DNA of 32,024 nt from a virus. Positions 6,950 to 16,093 of the stretch are shown here, piece by piece; within the stretch, counting starts at the first letter, position 1, and the number at the start of each line of letters is the position of its first letter. Below the pieces are notes generated by a model. That model was not told the origin of the DNA, searched no databases, and saw only the letters and a list, made by a program, of their open reading frames with translations. The stretch is from IMG/VR virus record IMGVR_UViG_3300045988_164286, positions 1 through 32,024 of that record. The stretch is one strand, 5' to 3'. Made by a program: the position numbers and the translations under genes.

Positions 6950-7821
6950 CCGGGGTAAAGGCTGAGGTTGTGAGTGCTTTACACAGTGAGGGGTACTCTT
7001 TGTGCTATTTGCTGGAGTGCTCAGGGCTTTCGAGGTCCACCTACTACTACGCACTGGCTCACCCAGTAAAGCCGACACGCCCAGAGCTACACCGCTCGGT
7101 TGCAGAGATTTTCTCGCGTACTACAAACGGCTGTGGCCACAGACAGATAGCCATGTGTCTGCGCGCTGAGTTGGGTGTAAGAATCGCCGACAAGACTGTT
7201 CTTAAAATCATGCGTGAGATGGGTATTCGCTGTAAGATACGACGTGAGACAGACTATCACCGCTATAGCTCCTATAAAGGCGTTGTCGGTAAGACCTTTG
7301 AAAACGTCATAGGACGCGACTTTTCTGCTGATGGACCATGGAAAAAGATGGGTACCGACGTCACAGAGTTTAAGCAGGCGTGGGGTAAGGCATACTTTGC
7401 TCCCGTCTATGACTTTGGAAGCAAAGAGATTGTCGCATGGAGTGTGTCGAGGGGTCCAAACATGGTTCAGCAAGTAGCTCTTCTCGATCAACTTTTAGCG
7501 AAGATACCTAAAGGCGTAACTCCGATTCTGCATAGCGATATGGGTTGGCAGTATCAGCACAGCGCATGGTGCAAGCGACTGAAAGACACTGGGATTGTCC
7601 AGAGCATGTCCAGAAAGGGTAACTGCATAGACAACGGTGCTACCGAGCAGGTCTTTGGTCATCTGAAAGACGAGTTCTTCCGAGGAAGAACGTGGCCTAA
7701 CTTTGAGTCTTTCAAAGCTGATTTGGACGCATATGTTATGTACTGGAACACACAAAGGCGTCAGGTTAAACTAAAAGGACTGACCCCGGAGGAGTTCCGG
7801 AATCAGTCCTTAGTGGCCTAG
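6877..7821 (+). CDS. IS3 OrfB (DDE/rve transposase catalytic domain), made as an OrfAB fusion by -1 frameshift
   Basis: Lies in the -1 frame relative to orfA. DDE context GTDVTEF ... HSDMGWQY ... NGATEQVFGHLKDE. Confidence 0.85.
   Translation: MPQARDRGSLLKKIARPGRERRALTGVKAEVVSALHSEGYSLCYLLECSGLSRSTYYYALAHPVKPTRPELHRSVAEIFSRTTNGCGHRQIAMCLRAELGVRIADKTVLKIMREMGIRCKIRRETDYHRYSSYKGVVGKTFENVIGRDFSADGPWKKMGTDVTEFKQAWGKAYFAPVYDFGSKEIVAWSVSRGPNMVQQVALLDQLLAKIPKGVTPILHSDMGWQYQHSAWCKRLKDTGIVQSMSRKGNCIDNGATEQVFGHLKDEFFRGRTWPNFESFKADLDAYVMYWNTQRRQVKLKGLTPEEFRNQSLVA
6910..6916 (+). promoter_or_regulatory. Programmed -1 ribosomal frameshift heptamer A_AAA_AAA of the IS3 transposase
   Basis: A7 run phased X_XXY_YYZ in the orfA frame (TTA AAA AAA TTG), within the orfA/orfB overlap. 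Confidence 0.75.
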
Positions 7822-7860
7822 CTCTTTATTAAATTCGTCCAAGTTTTGGGACGCAGTTCA

Positions 7861-7883
7861 CCGAAGCGAGAGGGGCTCTTGGT
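7861..7883 (-). terminator. Proximal half (5' arm) of the split lysis-operon terminator plus the right TSD copy
   Basis: Minus strand reads CCCCTCtCGCttcgg immediately after the endolysin stop (7884-7886). Confidence 0.65.
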
Positions 7884-8948
7884 TTAGTGCAGTGAAGTCA
7901 GTCGACCAGCTTCATCTGTGTCCACTTGCACGGTACTGTCAGCCTGGACAGAGCCGTCAGCGTTGACTGCGTACGCATGATCATTGTAGACGTGAACGCC
8001 CGCGGGAAGCAGATTACCATTCTCTGAAGCGAGGTACTTCTTGCCTTCAGCGTCAAAGATACCTGTTGCCATGCGTCCATCGTTTGCAAAGTAGTAGTCG
8101 CAACTTCCAATATGCTGCATACCTGTCAGCATGGCGCACTCTTGAGGTCCTTCATCCGGGCAAAGATAGAACCAATCTGTGCCATCAAAGTACCAGCCTG
8201 TGACTGCATATCCTCGTGCGTCAAAGTAGTACCAAGAACTATTGATGAACGCCCACTGGCTATAGTAGTAAGCACTTGGGCTGGTTGCATACCACCAGCC
8301 AGTCGCATTCTTAACCCAGTGTGGCTCGAACTTGGACTCACCCTGTGCAAGCTGCTCCCATTCTGCGTAAGTCAGCTTTGCGACATCAAGGTCAACGGTA
8401 CCGCCTGCGCTGGAATACTGCCACAGAGTCCAATCGCCCCATGCGCCAGTATTATAGATCATAGCGGGCAAATCCCACGAGAAGCGATTGTCTGGGTACC
8501 CAGCAATCCACAGACGCGATACATCGGCACAAGACGCTACCTGCGAGCGTCCAGCTGGGTACGTGTAGACAACAGGATAGATGCCAGTCTTAGCATATAC
8601 GCGGTCAACAAACTGCCTAGCCCAAACTGTTGAGCCCCATGCGTCATTGTCACCATTCTCCCAGTCAAGGCATAAGAGAGCCTTGCCAATATAGCTGGAG
8701 ACACAAGCCACAAATGCGTCAGCTTCTGCCACAGGTGAGCCACCTTCTGCGTAGTGGTAGACACCAATGAGCTTACCGTCTGCAAGTGCACGCTGAAGTT
8801 GTGCGGTCATGTAGCGGTTCATTGGCTGGGTGCCTTGGGTAGCCTTAGCAATCACAAAATCAGAGCCACTGTATGCAGTCTCGACATTTGGGTGCGAGTA
8901 TGTCGCACCCAATGCCTGATAACCGCTTACATCAATGCCCCTAAGCAT
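7884..8948 (-). CDS. Endolysin: GH25 muramidase with C-terminal aromatic cell-wall-binding (choline-binding-type) repeats
   Basis: N-terminus MLRGIDVSGYQ...DFVIAKATQG is typical of GH25. The C-terminus carries repeated GW.Y / W.YF...G...TGW aromatic motifs. Confidence 0.9.
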   Translation of the reverse strand: MLRGIDVSGYQALGATYSHPNVETAYSGSDFVIAKATQGTQPMNRYMTAQLQRALADGKLIGVYHYAEGGSPVAEADAFVACVSSYIGKALLCLDWENGDNDAWGSTVWARQFVDRVYAKTGIYPVVYTYPAGRSQVASCADVSRLWIAGYPDNRFSWDLPAMIYNTGAWGDWTLWQYSSAGGTVDLDVAKLTYAEWEQLAQGESKFEPHWVKNATGWWYATSPSAYYYSQWAFINSSWYYFDARGYAVTGWYFDGTDWFYLCPDEGPQECAMLTGMQHIGSCDYYFANDGRMATGIFDAEGKKYLASENGNLLPAGVHVYNDHAYAVNADGSVQADSTVQVDTDEAGRLTSLH

Positions 8949-9303
8949 TGTTTACCTCTTCTTTTGGCTCTTCTGCTGGCTTTGTATTGATTGGTTCAGC
9001 GTTGCCCGTCATGTAACTTGCAGGACGCTCAGAAGGCTGTACATAGGTCATTGCACGTGCAGAATCGCTTAGTCCCTTAGTCGTTGGGTCAACCGTGACA
9101 CCGATAGCACCAAGGACAGCTACAACCACGGTACCAATGAGATAAGGGTTGCTGATAAACTTAACAAATACATCAGCTAAGCTGCCCCAAGTGGTCAAAT
9201 CGGAGTAAGCCAGTCCAAGATATGCCAGGATTGGACTCATGACAATTCCAACCATTCCAAGCCACCATGCGGGGTTGTGTAGACGTACTTTCCAGTTAAT
9301 CAT
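8941..9303 (-). CDS. Holin (LL-H / phiLC3 family)
   Basis: MINWKVRLHNPAWWLGMVGIV... start typical of the family, two to three TM segments, overlaps the endolysin start by 8 nt. Confidence 0.8.
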   Translation of the reverse strand: MINWKVRLHNPAWWLGMVGIVMSPILAYLGLAYSDLTTWGSLADVFVKFISNPYLIGTVVVAVLGAIGVTVDPTTKGLSDSARAMTYVQPSERPASYMTGNAEPINTKPAEEPKEEVNNA

Positions 9304-9324
9304 TTCTTTCTCCTTAAATCAGAA

Positions 9325-9654
9325 TTAGTGTGTATGCGCCTGTTCCAGGCGTTCCAGCCGTCCCGCCTGATTGCGGGTCACATCCTCGACCACAGCAAGA
9401 CGGGTATCGTGTACAGAGAGTACATCGCGGATATTCGTAATAGTCTCGTCCGTGCGTGCCATGTACGCAGTGAAGGCTTTCTGTGTGTCATCCAAGTCAC
9501 TCTTGAGCTGCTTCACGCCTTCTTCAATGCGCACGAGTCGCATGGCGTCTTCCTGGCTTGCACGGTTCATAGCCTTAGCGCCATTTATGAGCGTTAGCAC
9601 CATGCCAAGGAATGACACCGCAGCGACAATCTGCTCGAATGTTAGTGGATTCAT
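9325..9654 (-). CDS. N-terminally membrane-anchored coiled-coil protein of the lysis cassette (XhlA-like role possible)
   Basis: ATG at 9654 after GAGGTGAGG. TM segment IVAAVSFLGMVLTLI followed by a heptad-rich tail. The longer track ORF (start 9765) overlaps the Tal gene. Confidence 0.55.
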   Translation of the reverse strand: MNPLTFEQIVAAVSFLGMVLTLINGAKAMNRASQEDAMRLVRIEEGVKQLKSDLDDTQKAFTAYMARTDETITNIRDVLSVHDTRLAVVEDVTRNQAGRLERLEQAHTH

Positions 9655-9664
9655 AACCTCACCT

Positions 9665-11884
9665 CTATTCCATACTCTTAGGAAGAATTGGAATAATTCC
9701 AGTCGCATAACCGCTAGACCAGTTGTAGAAGTAAATATGACCGTCATTGCCGTTCGCTGAGCCAATCCAAATCTTGGCGGTATTGTTTCCCGTCTGTGTG
9801 CCTAGAGAGTGATAGCCCTCAATGGCTGGTAATAGTTCTTTAGGCATTTGCGCTGTAGTGGTACGAGTTGAATAACCAGCTGCTAGATAACAATCGAGAT
9901 ACAACATGCCACCACGAATACAATATCGGACGCGACAAACGCCATCATCTTGCAGAGTAGTCCAAGACGTGAACTTGATAAGCTTGGCTAAATCTTCAAA
10001 CGCTATAACTTCTTCACGTCCGTGGGTTCTGTCACGAGCAATAAACCCCAACGAACCCAAACCAATGCCCTTAGCTGTATTTCCATTTTGGCCATCTGAT
10101 ACATCAAGCCTAATCGTAGGAGCATTAACAAAGAAAGCGCCACCTAAATTAAATAGTAAGTGTCTAGCAAACACTGCGGTCACTTTAGTATCGTCTTTAC
10201 CATAGTTGTAACCGTCTACGATATTGAACACACCGCCACCAAGCGATACTGCACTCTGTTCAAACTTCGCAAGCTCCTCTGAGCCTTTCAACAGCTTCAT
10301 TCCGTGGCTGTCGATGGTTGTGTGAACGCCATCTTTGTCGCCAACATGCGCACCGCTCTCATCGTGAGAAAAAGCGTTTGCCATATCATCAACCGTTGCC
10401 TTCACCTCTTCTGCCTTGTTGCTTGCTTCTGTTGCCATGGTCTTTGCCTCCTTTGCTGCTGTTGTTGCGTTCTTTGCGTCTGTGGCTACGTTGCTCACTT
10501 CCTCTGCCGCACGCTCAGCCTTAGCCGCGACAGTCTCAACTTTCTGCGCCGCCGCCGTTGCTGTGGTTGCTACGTCAGCAATCTTCTCTGTGGCTGCATC
10601 GGCTTTCTTCTCAACCGCTACCGCTTTTTCCTCAACGGCTGCAACTTTGATAGTTGTTGTTGCTGCGTCTTTAGCAATATTCCTTGTTGCGTTAGAGAGA
10701 GAAGTAACACGCTTTGCAATGCTTTCCTGCGCAGACTCTTGTGAGCTCGTGGCTCCCTTTGTCAGCGTTGCAGTAATTGCGCCAAGCTTGTACTGAGTTG
10801 CGGTTGGGTTAGTGAGGTTAATGGTGCGACCTGAACAAATCATGTAACGCTCAATGCCATGCGGCTCACTCTTAACGAATACACGATCTAAAAAGTCGAC
10901 AGGCAACGTCTGCTCATTGAGATTGTGCAAGTCGAAGGCTGACACCTCGATTGAGTCATCAAGCTTACCCGCCGCAAGGTCAGCAACAGCCTTGTCAGCA
11001 AGTGCCTGTGGCTTATCCAAGTCGTAGGACATCGTCTTCTCAATGAGTCCATACTTCTCAACCGCTGCCATATCAACAACTACATCGCCCTGGATAGCAA
11101 AGCCAAAGGGAACATAAGCAGTCTCAGCTGACACGTTGACTTTATGCTCATCACTGCCTTTGCCTGTCTTGCCAACGGGAACGATGGCGGTGTAGATATC
11201 CTTGCCGTCTACCTGTGTGTCGAGGTCTAAGAGATTGCTGCCAAGCTCTACTCTCTGAGTTGCTTCTGCTGCGCCCGTGTCCGGTAGCCAGTCGATAATA
11301 GATCCTGTTGCGTCATACCTCACGCGCAGCCAGCCACCGCACGCTTTTTCAAGCTTGTCACGCATCTCTTTGAGCGTTGCAGGGCGTGTGCCTGTACCGC
11401 GTTGCAGCTTGCCATAATTCGCGCCAGCATTCACGCCGATTCTGAACTTCTCGCACGCATTCATAACGTGTGCGTTGTGCTGCTCGATGAACCACTCAAA
11501 TAACTTGTTGGCTTCAGCGGGAGCGTTGATGTCGCACTCAATCTCATCCGTGTCATAAGTCTTGTAAGGTCTCACGGTAGTGTCATTGAGGTACGCCATA
11601 GCACCCTCGCAGGTCAGCTTCTTACTACCGTCAAACTCCATTGAGATTGCTCTGACACGGCCACGGAACAGAACAATGCCAGTCTCATACTCGACCAACT
11701 CAACCTCTCTGTTTGGAAGCATCACCGTGTCACGGGTGAAGCTGTCCCAGAGCGGATGCGTTGGCTGGATAGTAAGAGAAAGAGCCGGGGATTGTCCCGA
11801 CTCTTCCTTTAAGCTGCCAACTGAGATTTGAACGTCTGTACGTGGGTCATGAAGCACACTACCTGCATACTTCAAGATGTACAT
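9665..11884 (-). CDS. Tail-associated protein (Tal-type N-terminus) with Ala-rich coiled coil and C-terminal receptor-binding-like domain
   Basis: 739 aa at the position after Dit. The N-terminus resembles prophage tail endopeptidase/Tal proteins. The central A/E/K/T-rich coiled coil spans about aa 390-500. Confidence 0.7.
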   Translation of the reverse strand: MYILKYAGSVLHDPRTDVQISVGSLKEESGQSPALSLTIQPTHPLWDSFTRDTVMLPNREVELVEYETGIVLFRGRVRAISMEFDGSKKLTCEGAMAYLNDTTVRPYKTYDTDEIECDINAPAEANKLFEWFIEQHNAHVMNACEKFRIGVNAGANYGKLQRGTGTRPATLKEMRDKLEKACGGWLRVRYDATGSIIDWLPDTGAAEATQRVELGSNLLDLDTQVDGKDIYTAIVPVGKTGKGSDEHKVNVSAETAYVPFGFAIQGDVVVDMAAVEKYGLIEKTMSYDLDKPQALADKAVADLAAGKLDDSIEVSAFDLHNLNEQTLPVDFLDRVFVKSEPHGIERYMICSGRTINLTNPTATQYKLGAITATLTKGATSSQESAQESIAKRVTSLSNATRNIAKDAATTTIKVAAVEEKAVAVEKKADAATEKIADVATTATAAAQKVETVAAKAERAAEEVSNVATDAKNATTAAKEAKTMATEASNKAEEVKATVDDMANAFSHDESGAHVGDKDGVHTTIDSHGMKLLKGSEELAKFEQSAVSLGGGVFNIVDGYNYGKDDTKVTAVFARHLLFNLGGAFFVNAPTIRLDVSDGQNGNTAKGIGLGSLGFIARDRTHGREEVIAFEDLAKLIKFTSWTTLQDDGVCRVRYCIRGGMLYLDCYLAAGYSTRTTTAQMPKELLPAIEGYHSLGTQTGNNTAKIWIGSANGNDGHIYFYNWSSGYATGIIPILPKSME

Positions 11885-12346
11885 TTAAGCCACCCTCTCC
11901 CACATATAGACAGCGCGATATGGTGGCATGTTGTTATGTGGCTGGCCACCGCCGACCGCATCAACCTGGAAGCGGTAATTGGTGTAAGTGTCCGCCGAAC
12001 GTGCAGTCCACTGATTGCCGCCACCATTGTCTGTACCGTAGTGCATGGAGGTGTCGTGGCTGTGGCTTGGCATCTCGTTGATGGTCAGCGTGTGAGTATC
12101 CTCGCCGCCCGTTGAGCCAGCGGGGAACTTCTGCGACTGAGCCAGGAGGAACACGCCGTTCAAAGCCTGCCATGTGCCACCCAAAAACGTTGCGGGGTCT
12201 GTTGGCTTGGTTAGTTGAATAATAATTCCCACTGGATACATAGCATCCAGCAGGTCGAAGTTCTTGGCCAAGTCCTTAATAGTCTGAGTGACATCATCTG
12301 TCACATCTGGCTTTGTAAGTCCAAGCCTTGCTGTTTTAGTGCTCAT
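11885..12346 (-). CDS. Phage tail collar-domain protein
   Basis: GGEDTHTLTINEMPSHSH ... GGGQPHNNMPPYRAVYMWERV matches the tail-collar (MdpB-like) signature. Confidence 0.75.
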   Translation of the reverse strand: MSTKTARLGLTKPDVTDDVTQTIKDLAKNFDLLDAMYPVGIIIQLTKPTDPATFLGGTWQALNGVFLLAQSQKFPAGSTGGEDTHTLTINEMPSHSHDTSMHYGTDNGGGNQWTARSADTYTNYRFQVDAVGGGQPHNNMPPYRAVYMWERVA

Positions 12347-13201
12347 TTAGATATCCTTCCACTCGAACTTGAGTGATACGTCATTGCCTGGATGGTTCTC
12401 GTTGTCGCCAACATACATGTTGTTTTGCCATGCGCCACGGACGCTCTCCCACGTCTTGCCTGTGTAAGCCTGCCATTTAAGGCTCTTGAGCCTGTTCTGA
12501 CCTGCTCTTGCAAGGTAGCTGAGTGTGAGCCCGTCAAAGCGATTCCACTTATCACCTGTATAGTCACGCCATAAGGCTGTACCGTAGTCAGGTGTGGTGT
12601 TCACTGTGATTGTGTTCTTGCCGTTGTGAAGACGTGCTGCATCGCTCGACCATACGCCGGGGCTTAAGAAGAAGCTCGTACCGTTGATGTTTACGATTGC
12701 GCTTGCTTGCGTGGTAATAACCGCTAGAGCGTCATGTGCAGGACCGTCAACAACGTAAGACTTGCCAAGCTCGCCGTTGAGCAAATACTCGACAATGCCC
12801 TTGCTCTTGTAAGGCTCGCAAACAACCTTTACTTTGAGCGCAACGCCTTGCATAAACATCTTCTGAGTGTCAACTTCAAAGCGCCCGTGATATGTATAAC
12901 CTTCATCCCAGGACAGCTTGAAGTCGTACGCTCTGCCATGCAAGAAATTACGCAGCTTAGTAAGAGACTGCTCAATCTCAACCCAGTCAAGAGCTGTGTT
13001 TGGATAGCAGGTAAACTCGATTGTGCGCTTACCGAATAGCGGACGGTGAGCAAACCACTCAGAGAGATCTAGAACACCATCAGCACCAGGAATAGTGACT
13101 TGCATTGTCTTTGGCTCTGGCGGTGTGTCGACATAGTCTGTAATAACCACGCCAAACGTCTCGCAAAGCGGTGTGTCACCTACATATATCTCGAGGTTCA
13201 T
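12347..13201 (-). CDS. Distal tail protein (Dit)
   Basis: 284 aa immediately after the tape measure gene, with an ATGA overlap at 13198-13201. Confidence 0.65.
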   Translation of the reverse strand: MNLEIYVGDTPLCETFGVVITDYVDTPPEPKTMQVTIPGADGVLDLSEWFAHRPLFGKRTIEFTCYPNTALDWVEIEQSLTKLRNFLHGRAYDFKLSWDEGYTYHGRFEVDTQKMFMQGVALKVKVVCEPYKSKGIVEYLLNGELGKSYVVDGPAHDALAVITTQASAIVNINGTSFFLSPGVWSSDAARLHNGKNTITVNTTPDYGTALWRDYTGDKWNRFDGLTLSYLARAGQNRLKSLKWQAYTGKTWESVRGAWQNNMYVGDNENHPGNDVSLKFEWKDI

Positions 13202-14874
13202 CGACTAGCCACCACCTTATAAGCGCCAAGATTGGCATCAACGTAAGGCGATACAACGCCACCAACAAGCTTTGCGTCCATGTAGAGCTTCATGTTCTTA
13301 AGGTCCTCGCGCATGTTCCTAATCTCAGCAACGACAGCGCTTTCGTGGTTAGACTCATTCATTGCGTCAACCATGTAACCTTTGATGTTGTCGATTGGAA
13401 GAATCGCTTCTGGACCTGCTTCACCGCCAACCATTGGACGTAAGCCGTTCATACCAAACATCGTTGGCTTGGTAAGAATGCCGCCCTCTGCGTACCATTC
13501 AATACTGAAATGCGGAACAGAAGGTGGAACAATCGAAAAACCGCCGGAGATGTGGAGATAAGGAAGCTTGATGTGTGGTAACTGGATAACAAGACCAGCA
13601 AAGAAGCTCTTAATCTTACCAGGAATGCTAGAAATAAAGCTAACCATGTTATTGAAGTTGCTCTTAATGCCGTCACCAATCGAATAGCAGAAGTTCTTCC
13701 ATGCAAGGAATGCAGCTGTTCCAAGTGATAACGCAGCTGCAATACCGCTCATGCCATTGTGTACAACTGTTGCTAGTCCCTCGATAACGGGTCTAAGACC
13801 GCCACAAATCTCACGGACAGTAACGCCAAAGCTAGCTGCGTCACTACCAGCATTGGACATATCGTCACCCATGTCCTTAAAGAGCGGGGTAACAGACTGA
13901 ATGCAAGCTGTGAGGTCTTTTGAAATCTGGTCGATGAGCGGTTGCAAGGCATAAAAGACACCGTTGACAGTATCAATCAAGAAGCTAAGAACGCCATTTA
14001 AGCCTTCCATCGCGCCACGAACAAGCGGGAGCACGCTAACACCAAGCTCCATGAGCGGTTCAATAAATGGAGTAAGCACATTCAAAATGTTCGAAAGTAA
14101 GTCCATAAAGAACTCAAGAACCAGTGACACCTGCTCCATATTGGCCTTAAAGATACTGTTGACTTCATCCAGGGCATTTGTGTTCTCAATGATGTTGTTA
14201 AATGAATCGCCAATGCCTTTTGCAAAGTCCTCAATGGAGCTGATAAGTCCCTCAAGAGAATCAGCAACACCATAGACATCAAATCCCGTTGTATCGATGA
14301 AGTCACCGATTGCAACTTGGTTGTCAGACAAGAAAGACTCAATAGATCCTGTCAACTTCTCTGCAACACTTGCTCCGAGGTCTTTAAGGTCTGTTGCCTT
14401 CGCTGCGCTCGTAAACGATGAGAACATACCAGACGCGATTGACTTAAAGTCCAAGCTCTCAACAACAGCAGCAAGCATGTTGCCAAGTTCCTCACCAATG
14501 CCCTTTGCAACATCCGGCAGCGCCTTAAAAAGTCCCTTGGTAATTCTGACGATTGTTGGAATGAGGTTCTTTGCAACCGTTCCAATAGACTTCAGAAGCT
14601 TCTCAGACATGCCCTCAATATCGCCGTTTGGGTCAGCTATGGCCGTGAGCCAGTTCTCCCAGGAAGCCTGCATCATCTGAATAGAGCCTTGGATAGTCTC
14701 CGCTGCTTCTTCAGCAGAGTTACCCATAATACCTTGCTGCTCCTGGATGTCGTGAATTGCCTGGACGATGTCGCCATACTTCTCGATGGTTAAGTCACCA
14801 GCGCGTCCTTGTGCCTTCTCAAAAGCGTTAGCGTCTGCAATAAGACGCTCCATCTCTTGCTTTGTGCCACCATA
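13198..14874 (-). CDS. Tape measure protein, exon 2 (558 aa)
   Basis: Begins YGGTKQEMERLIADA..., which continues the motif ending exon 1. Long helical, Gly/Ala/Ser-rich protein. In frame with the track ORF 13198..14907. Confidence 0.8.
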   Translation of the reverse strand, partial: YGGTKQEMERLIADANAFEKAQGRAGDLTIEKYGDIVQAIHDIQEQQGIMGNSAEEAAETIQGSIQMMQASWENWLTAIADPNGDIEGMSEKLLKSIGTVAKNLIPTIVRITKGLFKALPDVAKGIGEELGNMLAAVVESLDFKSIASGMFSSFTSAAKATDLKDLGASVAEKLTGSIESFLSDNQVAIGDFIDTTGFDVYGVADSLEGLISSIEDFAKGIGDSFNNIIENTNALDEVNSIFKANMEQVSLVLEFFMDLLSNILNVLTPFIEPLMELGVSVLPLVRGAMEGLNGVLSFLIDTVNGVFYALQPLIDQISKDLTACIQSVTPLFKDMGDDMSNAGSDAASFGVTVREICGGLRPVIEGLATVVHNGMSGIAAALSLGTAAFLAWKNFCYSIGDGIKSNFNNMVSFISSIPGKIKSFFAGLVIQLPHIKLPYLHISGGFSIVPPSVPHFSIEWYAEGGILTKPTMFGMNGLRPMVGGEAGPEAILPIDNIKGYMVDAMNESNHESAVVAEIRNMREDLKNMKLYMDAKLVGGVVSPYVDANLGAYKVVASR

Positions 14875-15162
14875 CATTTGTATTCGCTGCAACTCGCTAG
14901 GCTGCAACCGCCATAAAGGCTGCTCTATGTCACCATAGAGATTAGACTATCTCTTGAAACCCTTACCGGGTTCCCCTCGCACTTCCAGCCGCTTGGCTGT
15001 ACTCTACTCGCTTCCGTGTTAAACACGTGCTTTCGATAGTCGTTACACTTTCCCTGAATAAAGTCAGGGCTTAGCACGGTATTGTCTTTCTGCCTAAGCG
15101 GCCAAAAGAGTTCCACCGTTTTCACGAGGTTTATGCTCAGCAATTAGTGGTCTTTTGAGTTT
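14875..15162 (-). ncRNA. Candidate ORF-less group I intron (288 nt) interrupting the tape measure gene
   Basis: The 5' exon ends in U and the insert ends in G. P1: exon GCUCGGU pairs with intron GCUGAGC (plus coordinates 15135-15141), with a U-G wobble at the splice site. P10: exon-2 AUGGUGG pairs with intron CCACU(A)AU. Several compact hairpins are present, including a GUGA-capped 7-bp stem. Confidence 0.65.
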
Positions 15163-15672
15163 ACCGAGCTTAAGATTATCGAGCATGGTAAAGTTCTGCT
15201 TAGCGAAGCCTTGATATGCGTTCTGAATGTCTTGGAGATTAGAGCCAAAGATTGACGCATTGTCAGCCATGTCGGTAATTGCCATATTGCCCGCATGGGC
15301 AGCTGCAACCACATCGCCGCCAAAAGACTGCTTAAGCGCTGCGCCCATGCTATTGAGCTGATCCATATACTGGTTCATCGAGACACCGGCAACGGCATAG
15401 GCAGCTTGAGCATTAGCCATGACCTGACTGGACGCTTCGCCAAAAATCTTCTCTACGCCGCCAGAAAGCTGCTCAAAGTTTGCATATGCGTCAAGGGATT
15501 GTTTACCGATGGCAATCATTGTTGCACCGATTGCAGCGACTGCCGCTGTAACTCCCAAGGCAGCTGTCTTCATACCGTCAAATGCTGCTGTTGCTACGCC
15601 TTCATTGAAACCTTTAGTCGATGGAATGACAGATACATAAGCAGAACCCACTTCTGCGTTAGCCATATTCAC
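15163..15672 (-). CDS. Tape measure protein, exon 1 (170 aa)
   Basis: Ends ...AYQGFAKQNFTMLDNLKLG. The unspliced reading frame runs 22 more codons into the insert to a TAG at 15094. Confidence 0.8.
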
Positions 15673-15680
15673 CTCCTAAT

Positions 15681-16093
15681 TTAATGTGAGTCCCACCAGT
15701 CATTAAATTGACTAATTGGGATTGGGTCCTTGCCGTAGACCTCCTCTTTGGCACTCTCAACGCCAGGGCGTGTGAGTGGCTTAGGCTTAGGCTGCTTTTT
15801 TGTTGTATTAGCAGAGGAATACATCCACGTCAGCTGGCTTATCTGGTCTGAGAGTCTTGCAAGAAGTTGTGGAACAATCTCTTGTGACTCCCAGAGAGCA
15901 TAGTCAATGTCATTAGGATGTGTTGCCTTCCAAAGTGCAGAAGTCTTAGGCAAGTTTTGGATAAAAGAAAAGAGCGCCCTATAACTAAGGCGCTCTCCAA
16001 GGTCATCTAATGTGAAGCTTGTGAGGGTCATAAGGTCATATTCAAGCTCTCCAGTATGCTTAAGAATCACCTGCGAGAGCCAAACTATTCCCC
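15681..16093 (-). CDS. Tail assembly chaperone, frameshift-extension part (GT-type product)
   Basis: Lies in the -1 frame relative to 16085..16360. That frame opens only at the last three codons of the upstream gene. Typical G/GT arrangement upstream of the tape measure gene. Confidence 0.55.

Larger units (their letters stand above)
6407..7860 (+). mobile_element. IS3-family insertion sequence, 1454 bp, apparently intact
   Basis: TG...CA ends. Imperfect 24-bp inverted repeats (tgaactgcCtcccaTTTcttggac versus the reverse complement of 7837-7860, tgaactgcGtcccaAAActtggac, 20/24). 3-bp direct duplication CCG at 6404-6406 and 7861-7863. orfA/orfB in the 0/-1 frames. Confidence 0.9.

Noticed and set aside
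10304-10796. Cys-, Leu- and Ala-rich plus-strand ORFs and apparent repetitiveness inside the Tal gene; considered as a repeat array or CRISPR-like
   Set aside because: The region encodes the Ala/Glu/Lys/Thr-rich coiled coil of the 739-aa tail protein on the minus strand. The repetition is low-complexity coding bias, with no regular repeat-spacer periodicity.
13198-15672. Tape measure gene as a decayed or split pseudogene
   Set aside because: Both parts are intact and in frame once exactly 288 nt are removed. The boundaries show U/G splice-site nucleotides plus P1 and P10 pairings, so an intron is the more parsimonious reading. This is still unproven.
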